Assembly: GCA_964016885.1 (NCBI GenBank)
Contig: OZ024748.1
Location: 9,424,001 to 9,488,000 of the forward strand
DNA: 64,000 nt
Direction: 5' to 3'
From: Eledone cirrhosa
Taxonomy: Eukaryota
A program made the position numbers and the translations under genes. How positions within the stretch are numbered: position 1 is the stretch's first letter; each line of letters opens with the position of its first letter. Of this stretch, positions 1 to 13,599 are shown piece by piece. The notes under the pieces were generated by a model. The model did no database searches and had not been told where the DNA came from. It saw nothing but the letters and a program-made list of their open reading frames with translations.

Positions 1-46
1 CGAGTTAGAATGGTGGGAAGTCTTTTATTCATTTATATTTATTGGC

Positions 47-175
47 AAATTGGCAGGATCGTTAATGTATAGGACAAAATGATTTGTGGTATTTGTTCTA
101 AGTTCAAATCCTGTTGATATCAACTTTAATTTTCATGGTGTTGGAGGTTGATATACTAAAGTAGCAGTCTAACAG
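47..175 (+). mobile_element. Degraded tRNA-derived SINE
   Basis: ttggcaggatcgtta...agttcaaatcctg...caactttaattttcat...taaagtagcagt; same family as the minus-strand copy at 3792-4015. Confidence 0.5.
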
Positions 176-1600
176 TATTGGCGGTTAAAGTGTCAGATGT
201 TCTGCAGTGTTTCTTCTGCTGCTCTCTACTCCCAGTTCAAATTCTATTGTAACCTTCGGTTTTTCTATCTAATTTTATGAGGACTAGCAATGTAATCCTG
301 TAGTTTTTCATTAAAGTTAATATTATCACAGATTAACAATATAATGTGAATAAATCTTTGGAATTATTCCTCAGTTTTCTTTGATATTACACAATAAATG
401 TATTTTAAAAGAATCGGTAAAAATATTTAAGTGAAATATTTTCCACATCCAACTATAAAACGTGTTGAAATGTTTACTAGATAAGATCTGCCCTATCTGA
501 TTTGTGGTGGTTAAAACAGTAAGACAACTGTACAATTGATCACTTGTTAGAAAAAACTATTGACTCAGAGATAACAGAAATGGCTGATATCTCAGCATTA
601 ATCATTATGTAAACTTTGATATTTTTCTTGTTCTTCTTTGGAAAGAGGCCAAGTGAGAAGTAAATATTCTATATCGATTCCTTGTTATTAAGATGATGTA
701 TACTAGTTGTTAGCTTCACTTTGAGTTCCTTTGAAATCTGCTTCTATGTCAGGAATATCTTCAATGTCATCAATTTACTGTGCTCATTAGTGTTGTAGCA
801 AAGAGTGATTAACTTCATTGCTGATCCATGATTAATATATATCTTCAGCTGCTGCCAATCCATATGTGGCGCTTATGTCTGAGAAATTTTGTGTCATTTC
901 CTCTAATTATATCTAACATTGGCCCATGGCCCTGGTGTAAGGTTAGTTATAAGTATAGTTCCAGTTCCTTCACCAGACAACCCGTTCCCATCTTGATCAT
1001 TATTACATAACATAAAGATTCTTTCTGTCATTGTAAAGAAAAATGATAACTTAGTTCTCTGCTATTAAGTGCTGCCTTTCAACATACTTCCTATGTAAGC
1101 AATGTTCTTTAATTGTTAATTCCATGTGGGATATAATTGTAGAGAAGATAAAAAGTAGATGGTGACAATCTACAAACAGCAGCAGCTAAATATACAAAAA
1201 ATATATTACTTCCTCATTAATTTCTATTTCAAGATAATTTAGTTATCATAGTTGTCATTGATTAATTTAACTATGTAGTCAAATGTATATATATGTATGT
1301 ATATATAAATGTATATATATAGATAGATAGATACACACACACACATATATGTGTGTGTGTGTGTGTGTGCGTATATACATACATATATGTTGCAATGACT
1401 GTCACATACTTGTATTTCTCTTTAGTTAGATACAATGTCCCTCTGACAGTTGTATTACAAGTGTATAACCTGTAATATGACAGAATCTATGTACAACATC
1501 CCTCCATTTCCAGTTCCATAAGACAAAATGTCTGATTTTAATAATATTTCTTTATCATTTATTTATTTATTTTACTACTACTAATAATAATAATAGTAAT

Positions 1601-1910
1601 AGACCAGATGTAATTGTGAAGGACCGTAAAGAGAAAAATGCTTGTAGATTATCATGAGATTATATTCAGTTCATAACATCTCAGAGGAGTTCCAAATATT
1701 CAGTAAATATAAAGATTCTGACAATTGAAATTGAGAAATTGTGGCATCTTAAAGCCTGTAAAATACCAGTAATAGTTGGGGAACTTGGAATGATAGAAAC
1801 AGGAACAGAATAATATTTGGACCAGATACCTGGAAAGTCAGTTCTGTAAGAGATACAGAAAATAGTGTTGACTGGTACTGCCCATGTCTTGAGAAGGGTA
1901 TTATAAGTTT
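1601..1910 (+). mobile_element. Degenerate non-LTR retrotransposon fragment, restriction-like endonuclease C-terminus (Dong/R4-like)
   Basis: Disrupted translation RPDVIVKDRKEK...SKYKD...IEIEKLWHLK...IPVIVGELGMIETGTE.YLDQIPG...EIQKIVLTGTAHVLR; follows a (TAA)n tract. Confidence 0.75.
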
Positions 1911-2074
1911 AAATACCTTGTAAAGACATTTACTGTTTTGTTCATGCCCTTAAGGTATCATTCGTATGACAGTTGATTGTTTAAAGAGATATCTTCCAAC
2001 TTCTGACTATTTGTCATTGTATTCATACCTGTAACATTGACTCCTAAGAAAGTTAAAATGTGGGGAAAGAGAGG

Positions 2075-2460
2075 ACTATTTATAAACCACCTTCAGTTTA
2101 TGGGTGAGCTGAAACTGCTTGGGATGTCTGAAAATCAGATAGATTCTTTGGTTAAAATAGTCCAAATATGTAGCAACGGCATTGGTATAGAATTTGGGGT
2201 TTCCAAATACTCTGTACTCAACATGAAAAGAGGGAAAAAGTAGCCTATAGTGGATTTTGGCTGCCATTGGTAGAAACCATAGGGTTACCAGAAGATAGTG
2301 GATACAAGTATTTGGGGGTTTTAGAACTGGATCATGTTTTAGATGCAGAAATGAAAGAAATGGTTTAGGGAGATATATTTAAAAAGGGTAAAAATGATTT
2401 TAAAATCCAAATCCAACCTGAGTGTTAGAAATAGTCACTGCAATCAATATTTAGGCAGAA
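2075..2460 (+). mobile_element. Degenerate reverse-transcriptase fragment of a Dong/R4-like LINE
   Basis: INHLQFMGELKL (eroded HLLxMDDLKL)...QIDSLVKIV...GIGIEFGVSK...KRGK...YKYLGVLE, with stops and frameshifts. Confidence 0.75.
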
Positions 2461-3322
2461 GAGATTCTAGTGAAGGGAAGCTACAGTAGGGAAGACTTAA
2501 TATGCTAATTCTATGAGTAGATGTCTCTTTTGAACAAATTACTGAATATTCATTATTGAAACCGACAGACATCTATTTATTATATATGTATCAGGAAATA
2601 TATTTTATTGCAAATTAAAAAATATTATTTCTTCCCAAAACACCAGTAAACTGCCTCCTTTCTTCTAATGTAAATAGTTCCATGTATCAGATATGTTATT
2701 TTAGAAGTGGACAACTTCACTTTTATACAATTTTCTTTTAATATAAGATATCTCATGATGTTAGCTTGCTGAATAAGCTATTTTTCATGACTGAACTTGT
2801 GAAATACTTCATAATTATAAATGTAAGCTTCAATTTGTTACATCTACTTTATTAAATACTGACATTTATATATTTATTTTCTCTTGTCATTCTCACTCAA
2901 GCTGCAGTTGTTAGATTTTGTTAGTATTTTATTTACAAATATATTAGTAAACTTTGGCTTCAATTTTCAAACTTATACTGCCACATCATAGCAGCTTTCA
3001 TTTTAACTTAATGAATTCCATATATAGAATCAACATATGGCAGGAATATCTGCTAGAAAAAGCAGTAAATAATAATTTCACACATTGAATTATTGAATTG
3101 TTTTTGTGTTTTTATATATTTTTTGTTACTTTTTGAATATGTCAGTTTTCTCGACATTTTAACTGTTGAAATGTTATAATATATATCTCTGAAATATTAG
3201 GAAAACATGAAATACAGACCTCTTCTTTTATTTTCTTCTTTCTTTTGTTTTACTCTGTTTAATTGGTTTGTTTTTTTCTTTCTTTTTTTCTTTTTTCCCT
3301 CCTCCGCCTCCTCCTCGTTCAG

Positions 3323-3532
3323 TTCACTGACCAGTCACCTTGTATGATGTCATTCCAGCCTGTTGATATTAATATGAAACAACATTCCTCTTCGTCCCCA
3401 TTGCCCACACCAGTGCTGGTAGAAAGTCAGATCATTGCTATAGCAGAAGCTGCCGCCAGAGTTGCTAAAGATTCCCCCGGATTTGAACCTAAAGAATTAA
3501 ATTTAAAAAAACAAATAAACAGAGAAATTCAG
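3323..3532 (+). CDS. NAB: NAB exon A: linker and start of NCD2 (FTDQSP...IAEAAARVAKDSPGFEPKELNLKKQINREIQ)
   Basis: Long pyrimidine tract ending ttcag at 3322, donor CAG|gtttgt at 3533, phase 0 into exon B. The 5' boundary is less certain than the 3'. Confidence 0.85.
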
Positions 3533-3544
3533 GTTTGTTTTATT

Positions 3545-3756
3545 TATTTGTTTGTGTGTGTGTGTGAGAGTCTGTGTGTGTGAGTGTGTGTATGTGTTTG
3601 TTTGTTTGTGTTGTGAGTGTGTGTCTTTGTGTGTTTGTGAGTCTGTGTGTGTGTCTTTGTGTTTGTGAGTGTGTGTGTCTTTGTGTGTGTGTGTGTGTGA
3701 GTCTGTGTGTCTTTGTGTTTGTGAGTGTGTGTATGTGTTTGTTTGTGATGAGATAC

Positions 3757-3792
<36 letters not shown>
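3545..3792. repeat. Compound (GT)-rich microsatellite followed by (ATA)n
   Basis: Direct reading. Confidence 0.9.
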
Positions 3793-3794
<2 letters not shown>

Positions 3795-4015
3795 GTTTCT
3801 ACTCTAGGCACAAGGCCAACAAATTTTTTTTTGGGGAGGTGTGGGTCGACTAAATCGACCCCAGTGCATTACTGGTACTTTATTTTATCAACCCCTGTAA
3901 AGATGAAAAGCAAAGCTAACCTTGGCAGGTTTTGAACTCAGAATGTAGAACATTATAATTAAATACAACAAAGTATTTAGTTCAACATTTTAACAATTTT
4001 ACCAACTCACCACCC
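3792..4015 (-). mobile_element. tRNA-derived SINE, near full length
   Basis: Reverse complement gives head ggtgagttggtaaaattgttaa, B-box-like gagttcaaaacc, body taaagtaccagt...ggggtcgatttagtcgac and tail ggccttgtgcctagagtagaaacc-(att)n. Confidence 0.7.
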
Positions 4016-4962
4016 TAATAATAATAATATCCAATTAATCTTCCTTCGTTAAACAATTATATAAAAGGGATTTAATTATCTTAATGTATCCATATTGTGT
4101 TTATTTGTAATTATGATGAGAAGGGCCTTAACTACAGCTAGAGTGGCCCCTTTACTTTAGAGAAGAAAGGGTATCAGAATGAATAAGATTAGGAAATATA
4201 ATTTAAGACAGGAAAATATTTAGAAATACAGGGGTAGTCTAACCCATGCTAGTGTGGAAGGTGAACAAAAGCTAAAATTGTAAAGTGTGATGGATGTGGC
4301 AAGTGAAGGGGGTTGGAAATGTTTATATTTCCATATTGTTGGAATGAATGTCAGTTTTTGTTGTTTTGATAATGTACTGACCACCTTGACCGACATTCTC
4401 AGTTTGGACAGTTAGAGTTACCACAAAGGTGAGCAATAGGGCAGAGAAAGAAGAGGGGAACTGCAGTGTTTCCCTTTTTTAGGATCAGAGTTCAAGTCAT
4501 ACTAAAGTTGACTTTGCTTTTCATCCTTACGTGGTCGATGGAATAAATAATAGATGTTGATGGTAACAGCCCCCTCTGTAACCATTGGTCTTACTACCAT
4601 TACTACCATCAGTACCATTACTACCATTACTACTATCTGTAGTAATGGTAGTAAACTATGTTTATTGAATCTGGTATCAACATCATTTAAGATCAATTTA
4701 AGATCAATTTTCTCTGATAGCAAAAGTTGGATGAGTTGTTGGTATCTAATCAGTAGAACTGACCTCCCAGATGGACCAAAAGTCGGATTGGTCATTACAG
4801 ACTAAATTGGTATTTAATCGGTGGCTCTGATCTCTCAGATGGGCTAGAGCTGATTCTTAGAGTATGCTGTACATTATATTATAGCACCAACATTAGAGAG
4901 GCTGTCTTTCACTGAACAATCCTCCTGACCCTTTGTTTAAGTTACATTCCTTTAAACTGTAC

Positions 4963-7900
4963 ATACTGTGTTCTATACTGTGTTCTATATTGTGTTCTAT
5001 ACTGTGTTCTATACTGTGTTCTATACTGTGTTCTATATTGTGTTCTATACTGTGTTCTATACTGTGTTCTATACTGTGTTGTATACTGTGTTGTATATTG
5101 TGTTGTATATTGTGTTGTATATTGTGTTGTATACTGTGTTGTATACTGTGTTCTATACTGTGTTGTATATTGTGTTGTATATTGTGTTCTATACTGTGTT
5201 CTATACTGTGTTCTATACTGTGTTGTATATTGTGTTGTATATTGTGTTCTATACTGTGTTGTATATTGTGTTCTATACTGTGTTCTATACTGTGTTCTAT
5301 ACTGTGTTGTATATTGTGTTGTATACTGTGTTCTATACTGTGTTCTATACTGTGTTCTATACTGTGTTGTATATTGTGTTGTATATTGTGTTCTATACTG
5401 TGTTCTATACTGTGTTCTATACTGTGTTCTATACTGTGTTCTATACTGTGTTGTATATTGTGTTCTATACTGTGTTGTATATTGTGTTCTATACTGTGTT
5501 CTATATTGTGTTCTATACTGTGTTGTATATTGTGTTCTATACTGTGTTGTATATTGTGTTGTATATTGTGTTGTATATTGTGTTGTATACTGTGTTCTAT
5601 ACTGTGTTCTATATTGTGTTCTATACTGTGTTGTATATTGTGTTGTATATTGTGTTCTATACTGTGTTCTATATTGTGTTCTATACTGTGTTCTATACTG
5701 TGTTGTATATTGTGTTGTATATTGTGTTCTATACTGTGTTCTATACTGTGTTCTATACTGTGTTCTATACTGTGTTGTATATTGTGTTCTATACTGTGTT
5801 CTATACTGTGTTGTATACTGTGTTGTATATTGTGTTCTATACTGTGTTGTATACTGTGTTCTATATTGTATTGTATATTGTGTTCTATACTGTGTTCTAT
5901 ACTGTGTTGTATATTGTGTTCTATACTGTGTCGTATATTGTGTTGTATATTGTGTTCTATACTGTGTTCTATATTGTATTGTATATTGTGTTCTATATTG
6001 TGTTCTATACTGTGTTGTATATTGTGTTCTATACTGTGTTGTATATTGTGTTCTATACTGTGTTCTATATTGTATTGTATATTGTGTTCTATACTGTGTT
6101 GTATATTGTGTTCTATACTGTGTTGTATATTGTGTTCTATACTGTGTTGTATATTGTGTTCTATACTGTGTTCTATACTGTGTTGTATATTGTGTTCTAT
6201 ACTGTGTTGTATATTGTGTTCTATACTGTGTTCTATACTGTGTTGTATATTGTGTTCTATACTGTGTTGTATATTGTGTTCTATACTGTGTTCTATACTG
6301 TGTTGTATATTGTGTTCTATACTGTGTTGTATACTGTGTTCTATACTGTGTTCTATACTGTGTTGTATATTGTGTTCTATACTGTGTTGTATATTGTGTT
6401 CTATACTGTGTTCTATACTGTGTTGTATATTGTGTTCTATACTGTGTTGTATATTGTGTTCTATACTGTGTTGTATATTGTGTTCTATACTGTGTTGTAT
6501 ATTGTGTTCTATACTGTGTTGTATATTGTGTTCTATACTGTGTTGTATACTGTGTTCTATATTGTATTGTATATTGTGTTCTATACTGTGTTGTATATTG
6601 TGTTCTATACTGTGTTGTATATTGTGTTCTATACTGTGTTGTATATTGTGTTCTATACTGTGTTGTATATTGTGTTCTATACTGTGTTGTATATTGTGTT
6701 CTATACTGTGTTGTATATTGTGTTCTATACTGTGTTGTATATTGTGTTCTATACTGTGTTGTATATTGTGTTCTATACTGTGTTCTATACTGTGTTCTAT
6801 ACTGTGTTGTATATTGTGTTCTATACTGTGTTGTATATTGTGTTCTATACTGTGTTGTATATTGTGTTCTATACTGTGTTGTATATTGTGTTCTATACTG
6901 TGTTGTATACTGTGTTCTATATTGTATTGTATATTGTGTTCTATACTGTGTTGTATATTGTGTTCTATACTGTGTTGTATATTGTGTTCTATACTGTGTT
7001 GTATATTGTGTTCTATACTGTGTTCTATACTGTGTTCTATATTGTATTGTATATTGTGTTCTATACTGTGTTGTATATTGTGTTGTATACTGTGTTCTAT
7101 ACTGTGTTCTATATTGTGTTCTATACTGTGTTCTATACTGTGTTGTATATTGTGTTCTATACTGTGTTGTATATTGTGTTCTATACTGTGTTGTATATTG
7201 TGTTTTATACTGTGTTGTATATTGTGTTCTATACTGTGTTGTATATTGTGTTCTATACTGTGTTGTATATTGTGTTCTATACTGTGTTGTATATTGTGTT
7301 CTATACTGTGTTGTATATTGTGTTCTATACTGTGTTCTATATTGTATTGTATATTGTGTTCTATACTGTGTTGTATATTGTGTTCTATACTGTGTTCTAT
7401 ACTGTGTTGTATATTGTGTTCTATACTGTGTTGTATACTGTGTTCTATACTGTGTTCTATACTGTGTTGTATATTGTGTTGTATATTGTGTTCTATACTG
7501 TGTTGTATATTGTGTTCTATACTGTGTTCTATACTGTGTTGTATATTGTGTTCTATACTGTGTTCTATACTGTGTTCTATATTGTATTGTATATTGTGTT
7601 CTATACTGTGTTGTATATTGTGTTCTATACTGTGTTCTATACTGTGTTGTATATTGTGTTCTATACTGTGTTGTATACTGTGTTCTATACTGTGTTCTAT
7701 ACTGTGTTGTATATTGTGTTCTATACTGTGTTGTATATTGTGTTCTATACTGTGTTCTATATTGTATTGTATATTGTGTTCTATACTGTGTTGTATATTG
7801 TGTTCTATACTGTGTTGTATACTGTGTTCTATATTGTATTGTATATTGTGTTCTATACTGTGTTGTATATTGTGTTCTATATTGTGTTCTATACTGTGTT

Positions 7901-9488
7901 GTATATTGTGTTGTACACTGTGTTCTATACTGTGTTCTATATTGTGTTGTACACTGTGTTCTATACTGTGTTCTATACTGTGTTCTATACTGTGTTCTAT
8001 ACTGTGTTCTATACTGTGTTGTATACTGTGTTGTATATTGTGTTCTATACTGTGTTGTATATTGTGTTCTATACTGTGTTGTATATTGTGTTCTATACTG
8101 TGTTGTATATTGTGTTCTATATTGTGTTGTATATTGTGTTCTATACTGTGTTCTATACTGTGTTGTATATTGTGTTGTATACTGTGTTCTATACTGTGTT
8201 GTATATTGTGTTCTATACTGTGTTGTATATTGTGTTGTATACTGTGTTCTATACTGTGTTCTATACTGTGTTGTATATTGTGTTCTATATTGTGTTGTAT
8301 ATTGTGTTCTATACTGTGTTCTATACTGTGTTGTATATTGTGTTCTATACTGTGTTCTATACTGTGTTGTATATTGTGTTCTATATTGTGTTCTATACTG
8401 TGTTGTATATTGTGTTCTATACTGTGTTCTATACTGTGTTCTATACTGTGTTCTATATTGTGTTGTATATTGTGTTGTATACTGTGTTCTATACTGTGTT
8501 CTATACTGTGTTGTATATTGTGTTCTATACTGTGTTCTATACTGTGTTGTATATTGTGTTCTATACTGTGTTCTATATTGTGTTCTATACTGTGTTGTAT
8601 ACTGTGTTCTATACTGTGTTGTATATTGTGTTCTATATTGTGTTCTATACTGTGTTGTATATTGTGTTCTATACTGTGTTCTATACTGTGTTGTATATTG
8701 TGTTCTATACTGTGTTCTATACTGTGTTGTATATTGAGTTCTATATTGAGTTCTATACTGTGTTGTATATTGTGTTCTATACTGTGTTGTATATTGTGTT
8801 CTATACTGTGTTCTATACTGTGTTCTATACTGTGTTGTATACTGTGTTCTATATTGTGTTCTATACTGTGTTCTATATTGAGTTCTATATTGTGTTCTAT
8901 ACTGTGTTCTATATTGTGTTCTATACTGTGTTGTATATTGTGTTGTATATTGTGTTGTACACTGTGTTCTATACTGTGTTCTATATTGTGTTCTATACTG
9001 TGTTGTATATTGTGTTGTATATTGTGTTCTATACTGTGTTCTATACTGTGTTCTATATTGAATTCTATACTGTGTTGTATATTGTGTTGTATATTGTGTT
9101 CTATACTGTGTTCTATACTGTGTTCTATATTGAATTCTATACTGTGTTGTATATTGTGTTCTATACTGTGTTCTATACTGTGTTGTATATTGTGTTCTAT
9201 ACTGTGTTCTATACTGTGTTCTATACTGTGTTCTATACTGTGTTCTATATTGAGTTCTATACTGTGTTCTATTATGTGTTGTATATTGAGTTCTATACTG
9301 TGTTCTATACTGTGTTCTATATTGAGTTCTATACTGTGTTTAATATTGAGTTCTATATTGAGTTCTATATTGAGTTCTATACTGTGTTCTATTATGTGTT
9401 GTATATTGAGTTCTATACTGTGTTCTATATTGAGTTCTATACTGTGTTCTATATTGAGTTCTATATTGAGTTCTATATTGAGTTCTAT
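4963..9488. repeat. 12-bp minisatellite (ATA[C/T]TGTGTT[C/G]T), about 377 copies
   Basis: Exact 12-bp periodicity over 4.5 kb inside NAB intron A-B. Confidence 0.98.
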
Positions 9489-9515
9489 GTGAAGATTTAT
9501 TGCTTTATATTTCAG

Positions 9516-9635
9516 ATGGTAATGAACATGCCACCTGAAGATCCCAACAGAATGGAGGAGTTAAGAAAGTATGCAGCAATATATGGACGCTTTGACTCTA
9601 AAAGGAAAAATGATAAACCAATGTCACTGCATGAG
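9516..9635 (+). CDS. NAB: NAB exon B: NCD2 core ([40 protein letters not shown])
   Basis: Acceptor tttcag and donor GAG|gtaggg; [15 protein letters not shown] is a NAB NCD2 hallmark. Confidence 0.95.
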
Positions 9636-12059
9636 GTAGGGACCATTAGAATACCTTAAGGTGTTGATTTCATTATATACTAGTTAGGGTGGTGGGTTGG
9701 CAGAATTGGTAGAGCTGGTATTTAGTAAGGATGTAGAAATTTTAGAAGATGATTTCCAAAATGTTTGGTTAAGGGCCTAAAAGAGGGTAGAATGGTTATG
9801 GTGTTATGATTAAGGCTGACCCCTAGTGTATAGGTTTAAACCCTACAACAGAGGTTGTATGGAGTGAGTGTATCTGGTTGGAAAACCTGCAGTAAAGATC
9901 TACCCAAACAAATTCCATACATTTCAGAATATATACACCTACATAATACAAGAGAACTTGAAAAGATGTTCAAATTAGAAATGTCTGCATGTATTAAATG
10001 TTGTATATGTAATATTAGTATTGTTTTCTGTCTGTTTTATTAACTCACCATTTTGAAAAGATGTCCAAATTGTTAAGATGGCTTTTTCTTAATATGATTA
10101 TGTTTCAAACTATCTAATAATAATAATAATTATATACAGTGCTCAGATGCACTACAACTCATTAAAGGTGCAAGTTTTACTTGTTTTGTCTATAATATCT
10201 AACTGGATTAAAACTAGAAATATTTAGTTTTTAGACTAAGACTAATAACATATAAGTACAAGGTGACTGATACATCTACAGGTACAATGTAAATTGTTAT
10301 CTTATTTAGTAAACAAGTTTTATATTTTCATAAATTAAAAAAAGCTATATAAAACTATTGATGATGATGAGTAACTCTATCTTACTTCCAATTCTCCACA
10401 TTAAATACTATCAGTAATTTTATCGTAGATTTCTTCCCATTCTCCACATTAAATATTATTTAGAAAGGATTTACCAAAGTTTACTTTCTTAAATTAACTA
10501 TTTTTTTTCATTTTTATTACTGTCACTTGCTATTCACTTGAATATTTCCCCTTTCAACATCTATATCTTTGTCATTTATGCCTATATCACATGGTTGAGA
10601 AACGCTAAATTGATCATGTCATTCTCCTTATTTGCCTATCTTTTATGCTATCCAAGAAATTACACTGCTGTAAATTCAAGGAAACTTTGAGCACTATCCC
10701 TCCCCCTCCCCGCCATCTTGTCAAGAGATTTTCTCGTGTTTAATATCAACAGCAATTCTACTCAATTCATTTCTAATTCTTAATATGTCTGCTTTATGCT
10801 TCAACTGAAAAATTCATTTTTATTCTATTCAAATTAAATAATTTTTACTAGCAGCAATATATATATATATATGTATTATATATTATAAATATTCTCTTTC
10901 TCTTTACTTTATTTTGAACATTTTTAGTTTATTTATATATATATATGTATATATATATAATGTTGGATAGTTGTTTTTTTAATATAATTTCAATGTACTT
11001 ATTCATTTTTCATTCTATTTATTATTTCTGTTTGCCACTACTTCTATTGGCGCTAGTTGTTGTAAATTAATTTAATTTTTGTTTGATTTCTGAACACTGA
11101 ATTATTGGTTTCCACTGTCACTTAGAGAATAATTTTTAAAAATTTTAGGTGTTTTTTGGTTTGTTTGTTTGTTTGTGTGTTTGTTTGTTTTTTGCTCATT
11201 TTAATCAGATGTGTCTTTATTTATGTTGCTCTCTGTTTCTTCACCATTTCTGTTTCTCACTCTGTTATTTTGTCTCAGAAAAAAAATAATTCCAATGAAT
11301 TTCATTGGAAATGGAAAGTGAATGAAAATTACAAATAACTTGTCAAAATAGGATTCATGTAAAATTTTTTAAAATTTTGCCATGTTAATCATTAGTTTTC
11401 ATAAATGATGTATATCATAAGCCTGCCCTTTTTTCTCTTCTGCATTCATTATTTTGTTGTTCATATCTGCTGCTTTATTCTATTTAGTTTCTTTGAATAT
11501 ATCGTTAATTATGATAAAAAGAAAAAAGAAAGAGGTGTGAGTCATATTGATAAATTATTGATCCTAAAACTTTATTAAATTTATTGCTCAGAGAAATAAA
11601 ATTTTAAATTAAAATTGAAGAATTAGTTTGTAAGGTTAATATCTTGATTCAATATTTACAGTGTAAATTCAGTTTTTGTTTGTTTTTTTGTCTTTTATAT
11701 ATATTTTTTAAGCTGTTTTATTTGTGTGTTTGTGTTTCTGTCTTATCTTGAATATGTATCTGCCTGTCTACAGGAAATTGTTGACAACTGCTTTAGAAAA
11801 CTAGAACATTGAGAAAATAGAGAAAGATTTATATACTCAATATTTCTTAGAAATTTTATCTAGAAACATCCATTTTTCATTTTAGTTATATGGTTAAGTT
11901 TTTGGGGGGTTTTTATGTGTTGTGTGTTTTATTTTGTCGTTGTTTTCATTTATTTCAAAACTCAGTTATTTACGTTTGTAATAAGAGGTTTTTGTCTTTC
12001 GTGGTTAATTTATCAACATTTGTTATTTGATTTATTTGTTTAATAGAATCAATTTTAGA

Positions 12060-12228
12060 CAGACAGATAGATACTCAGACACAGACATACAGATAGAGAG
12101 ATAGATAAGATAGATGTATAGATAGATAAATAGAGAGATGTATAGATAGAGAGATAGATAAGATAGATGTATAGATAGATAAATAGAGAGATGTATAGAT
12201 AGAGAGATAGAATTGTAGGATAGATAGA
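12060..12228. repeat. (GATA)n-type compound microsatellite
   Basis: Direct reading. Confidence 0.85.
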
Positions 12229-12411
12229 GCGGTGGGGAATTGTAGCTGTTGCTTAGTCATTATTTTCAAAATACTGTAATAAATTATTTGCTTGCAGAAA
12301 AATATGTTTGATTAAATATTCATTTTTGTGAGTTTAGGGATGGGGGATTAAATAATTTAAGTATAGGGATGCACAATGAACTAGCATCCTTTTTCCTATC
12401 TTATTGATAGA

Positions 12412-12482
<71 letters not shown>

Positions 12483-12507
12483 CATGTTGTGTGTGTGTGT
12501 ATGTATG

Positions 12508-12555
<48 letters not shown>

Positions 12556-12580
12556 CATGTTGTGTGTGTGTGTATGTATG

Positions 12581-12615
<35 letters not shown>

Positions 12616-12712
12616 ATGTATATATATATATATATATATATATACATGTTGTGTGTGTGTGTATGTATGTATGTATATATATATATATATGTGTGTGTGT
12701 ATACATACATAC
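12412..12712. repeat. (TA)/(TG) compound microsatellite with a higher-order unit marked by acatgttgtgtg (3 copies)
   Basis: Direct reading. Confidence 0.85.
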
Positions 12713-13272
12713 TGTTTCTAAATGGCCCAATCATTCCTCAATTATAATTTTTATATGGAGTGAACAAACCTTTCTCTTTTTGACTCTATTCCAAATTAAT
12801 TGATAATCCAGAGTTACGTCCCTTGCTTCCTCCAAAAAAGGTGGAATTCTGTTTCCATTCTTTGGAAACTTCGTAAATAAAATTTAAAAAACAAAACAAA
12901 AAACTCTTAGCTATTGTTTTCTGTTAAAGATGGAATTTTGTAATGAATTAGTTTTGATTAGAAATGTCATGCATTCAATAATATTTGACAAATCTCCCAG
13001 ATTTCCAAAATCAATAAAAGGAGGGAGGGGAGCAATAAATGTAGAAAAATATGGGATTACATTGATTATCGCAGTAATTGTGGCTAGATTGGTAGAATAT
13101 ATCTGGTAGAGTCTCTGTAATGTTACAGAGTCTCTAGCAGATATATTCGAATTTTTTATTTAAGTCACTATTGCAAACATTTTACTCTATCACTTATGAA
13201 GCAATCCATTAGTGAAAGTAACTTTATTTCTTGACTACTCTGGTCACATGTACTCACATACACTCATGTCTG

Positions 13273-13334
<62 letters not shown>

Positions 13335-13599
13335 ACTCTCTCTCTGTGGACTTGTGAAGGTGTCTGGCTTAGTAGTTAGGCTACTCAGCAAACAATAACA
13401 AAAAATAAACTGAGCTTGTAACTGCGTGAATGTATGTACATGTGAATGTGTGTGTGTGTGTGTGCATCTTCATTGTTTTCAATGTCAGAATTATACTAGT
13501 TTATTAAAGCTTTTGAGATATTCTGTATTGTGGCTATATATTATTTGCCACTTAATAAATATATATATTGTTATATATGTACTCTCTCTTTCACTCTAC

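Noticed and set aside
520-1130. Possible minus-strand LINE relic
   Set aside because: Only faint similarity to non-LTR C-terminal motifs by eye; not supportable without a search.
4933-9492. 1519-aa CSIL/CCIL repeat ORF
   Set aside because: Translation of a stop-free 12-bp intronic minisatellite; non-ATG start and no protein-like complexity.
12334-12803. YI/CV/HT-repeat ORFs (also at 3503-3935, 22060-22439, 34362-34800, 52011-52662, 54032-55182)
   Set aside because: Dinucleotide microsatellite translations.
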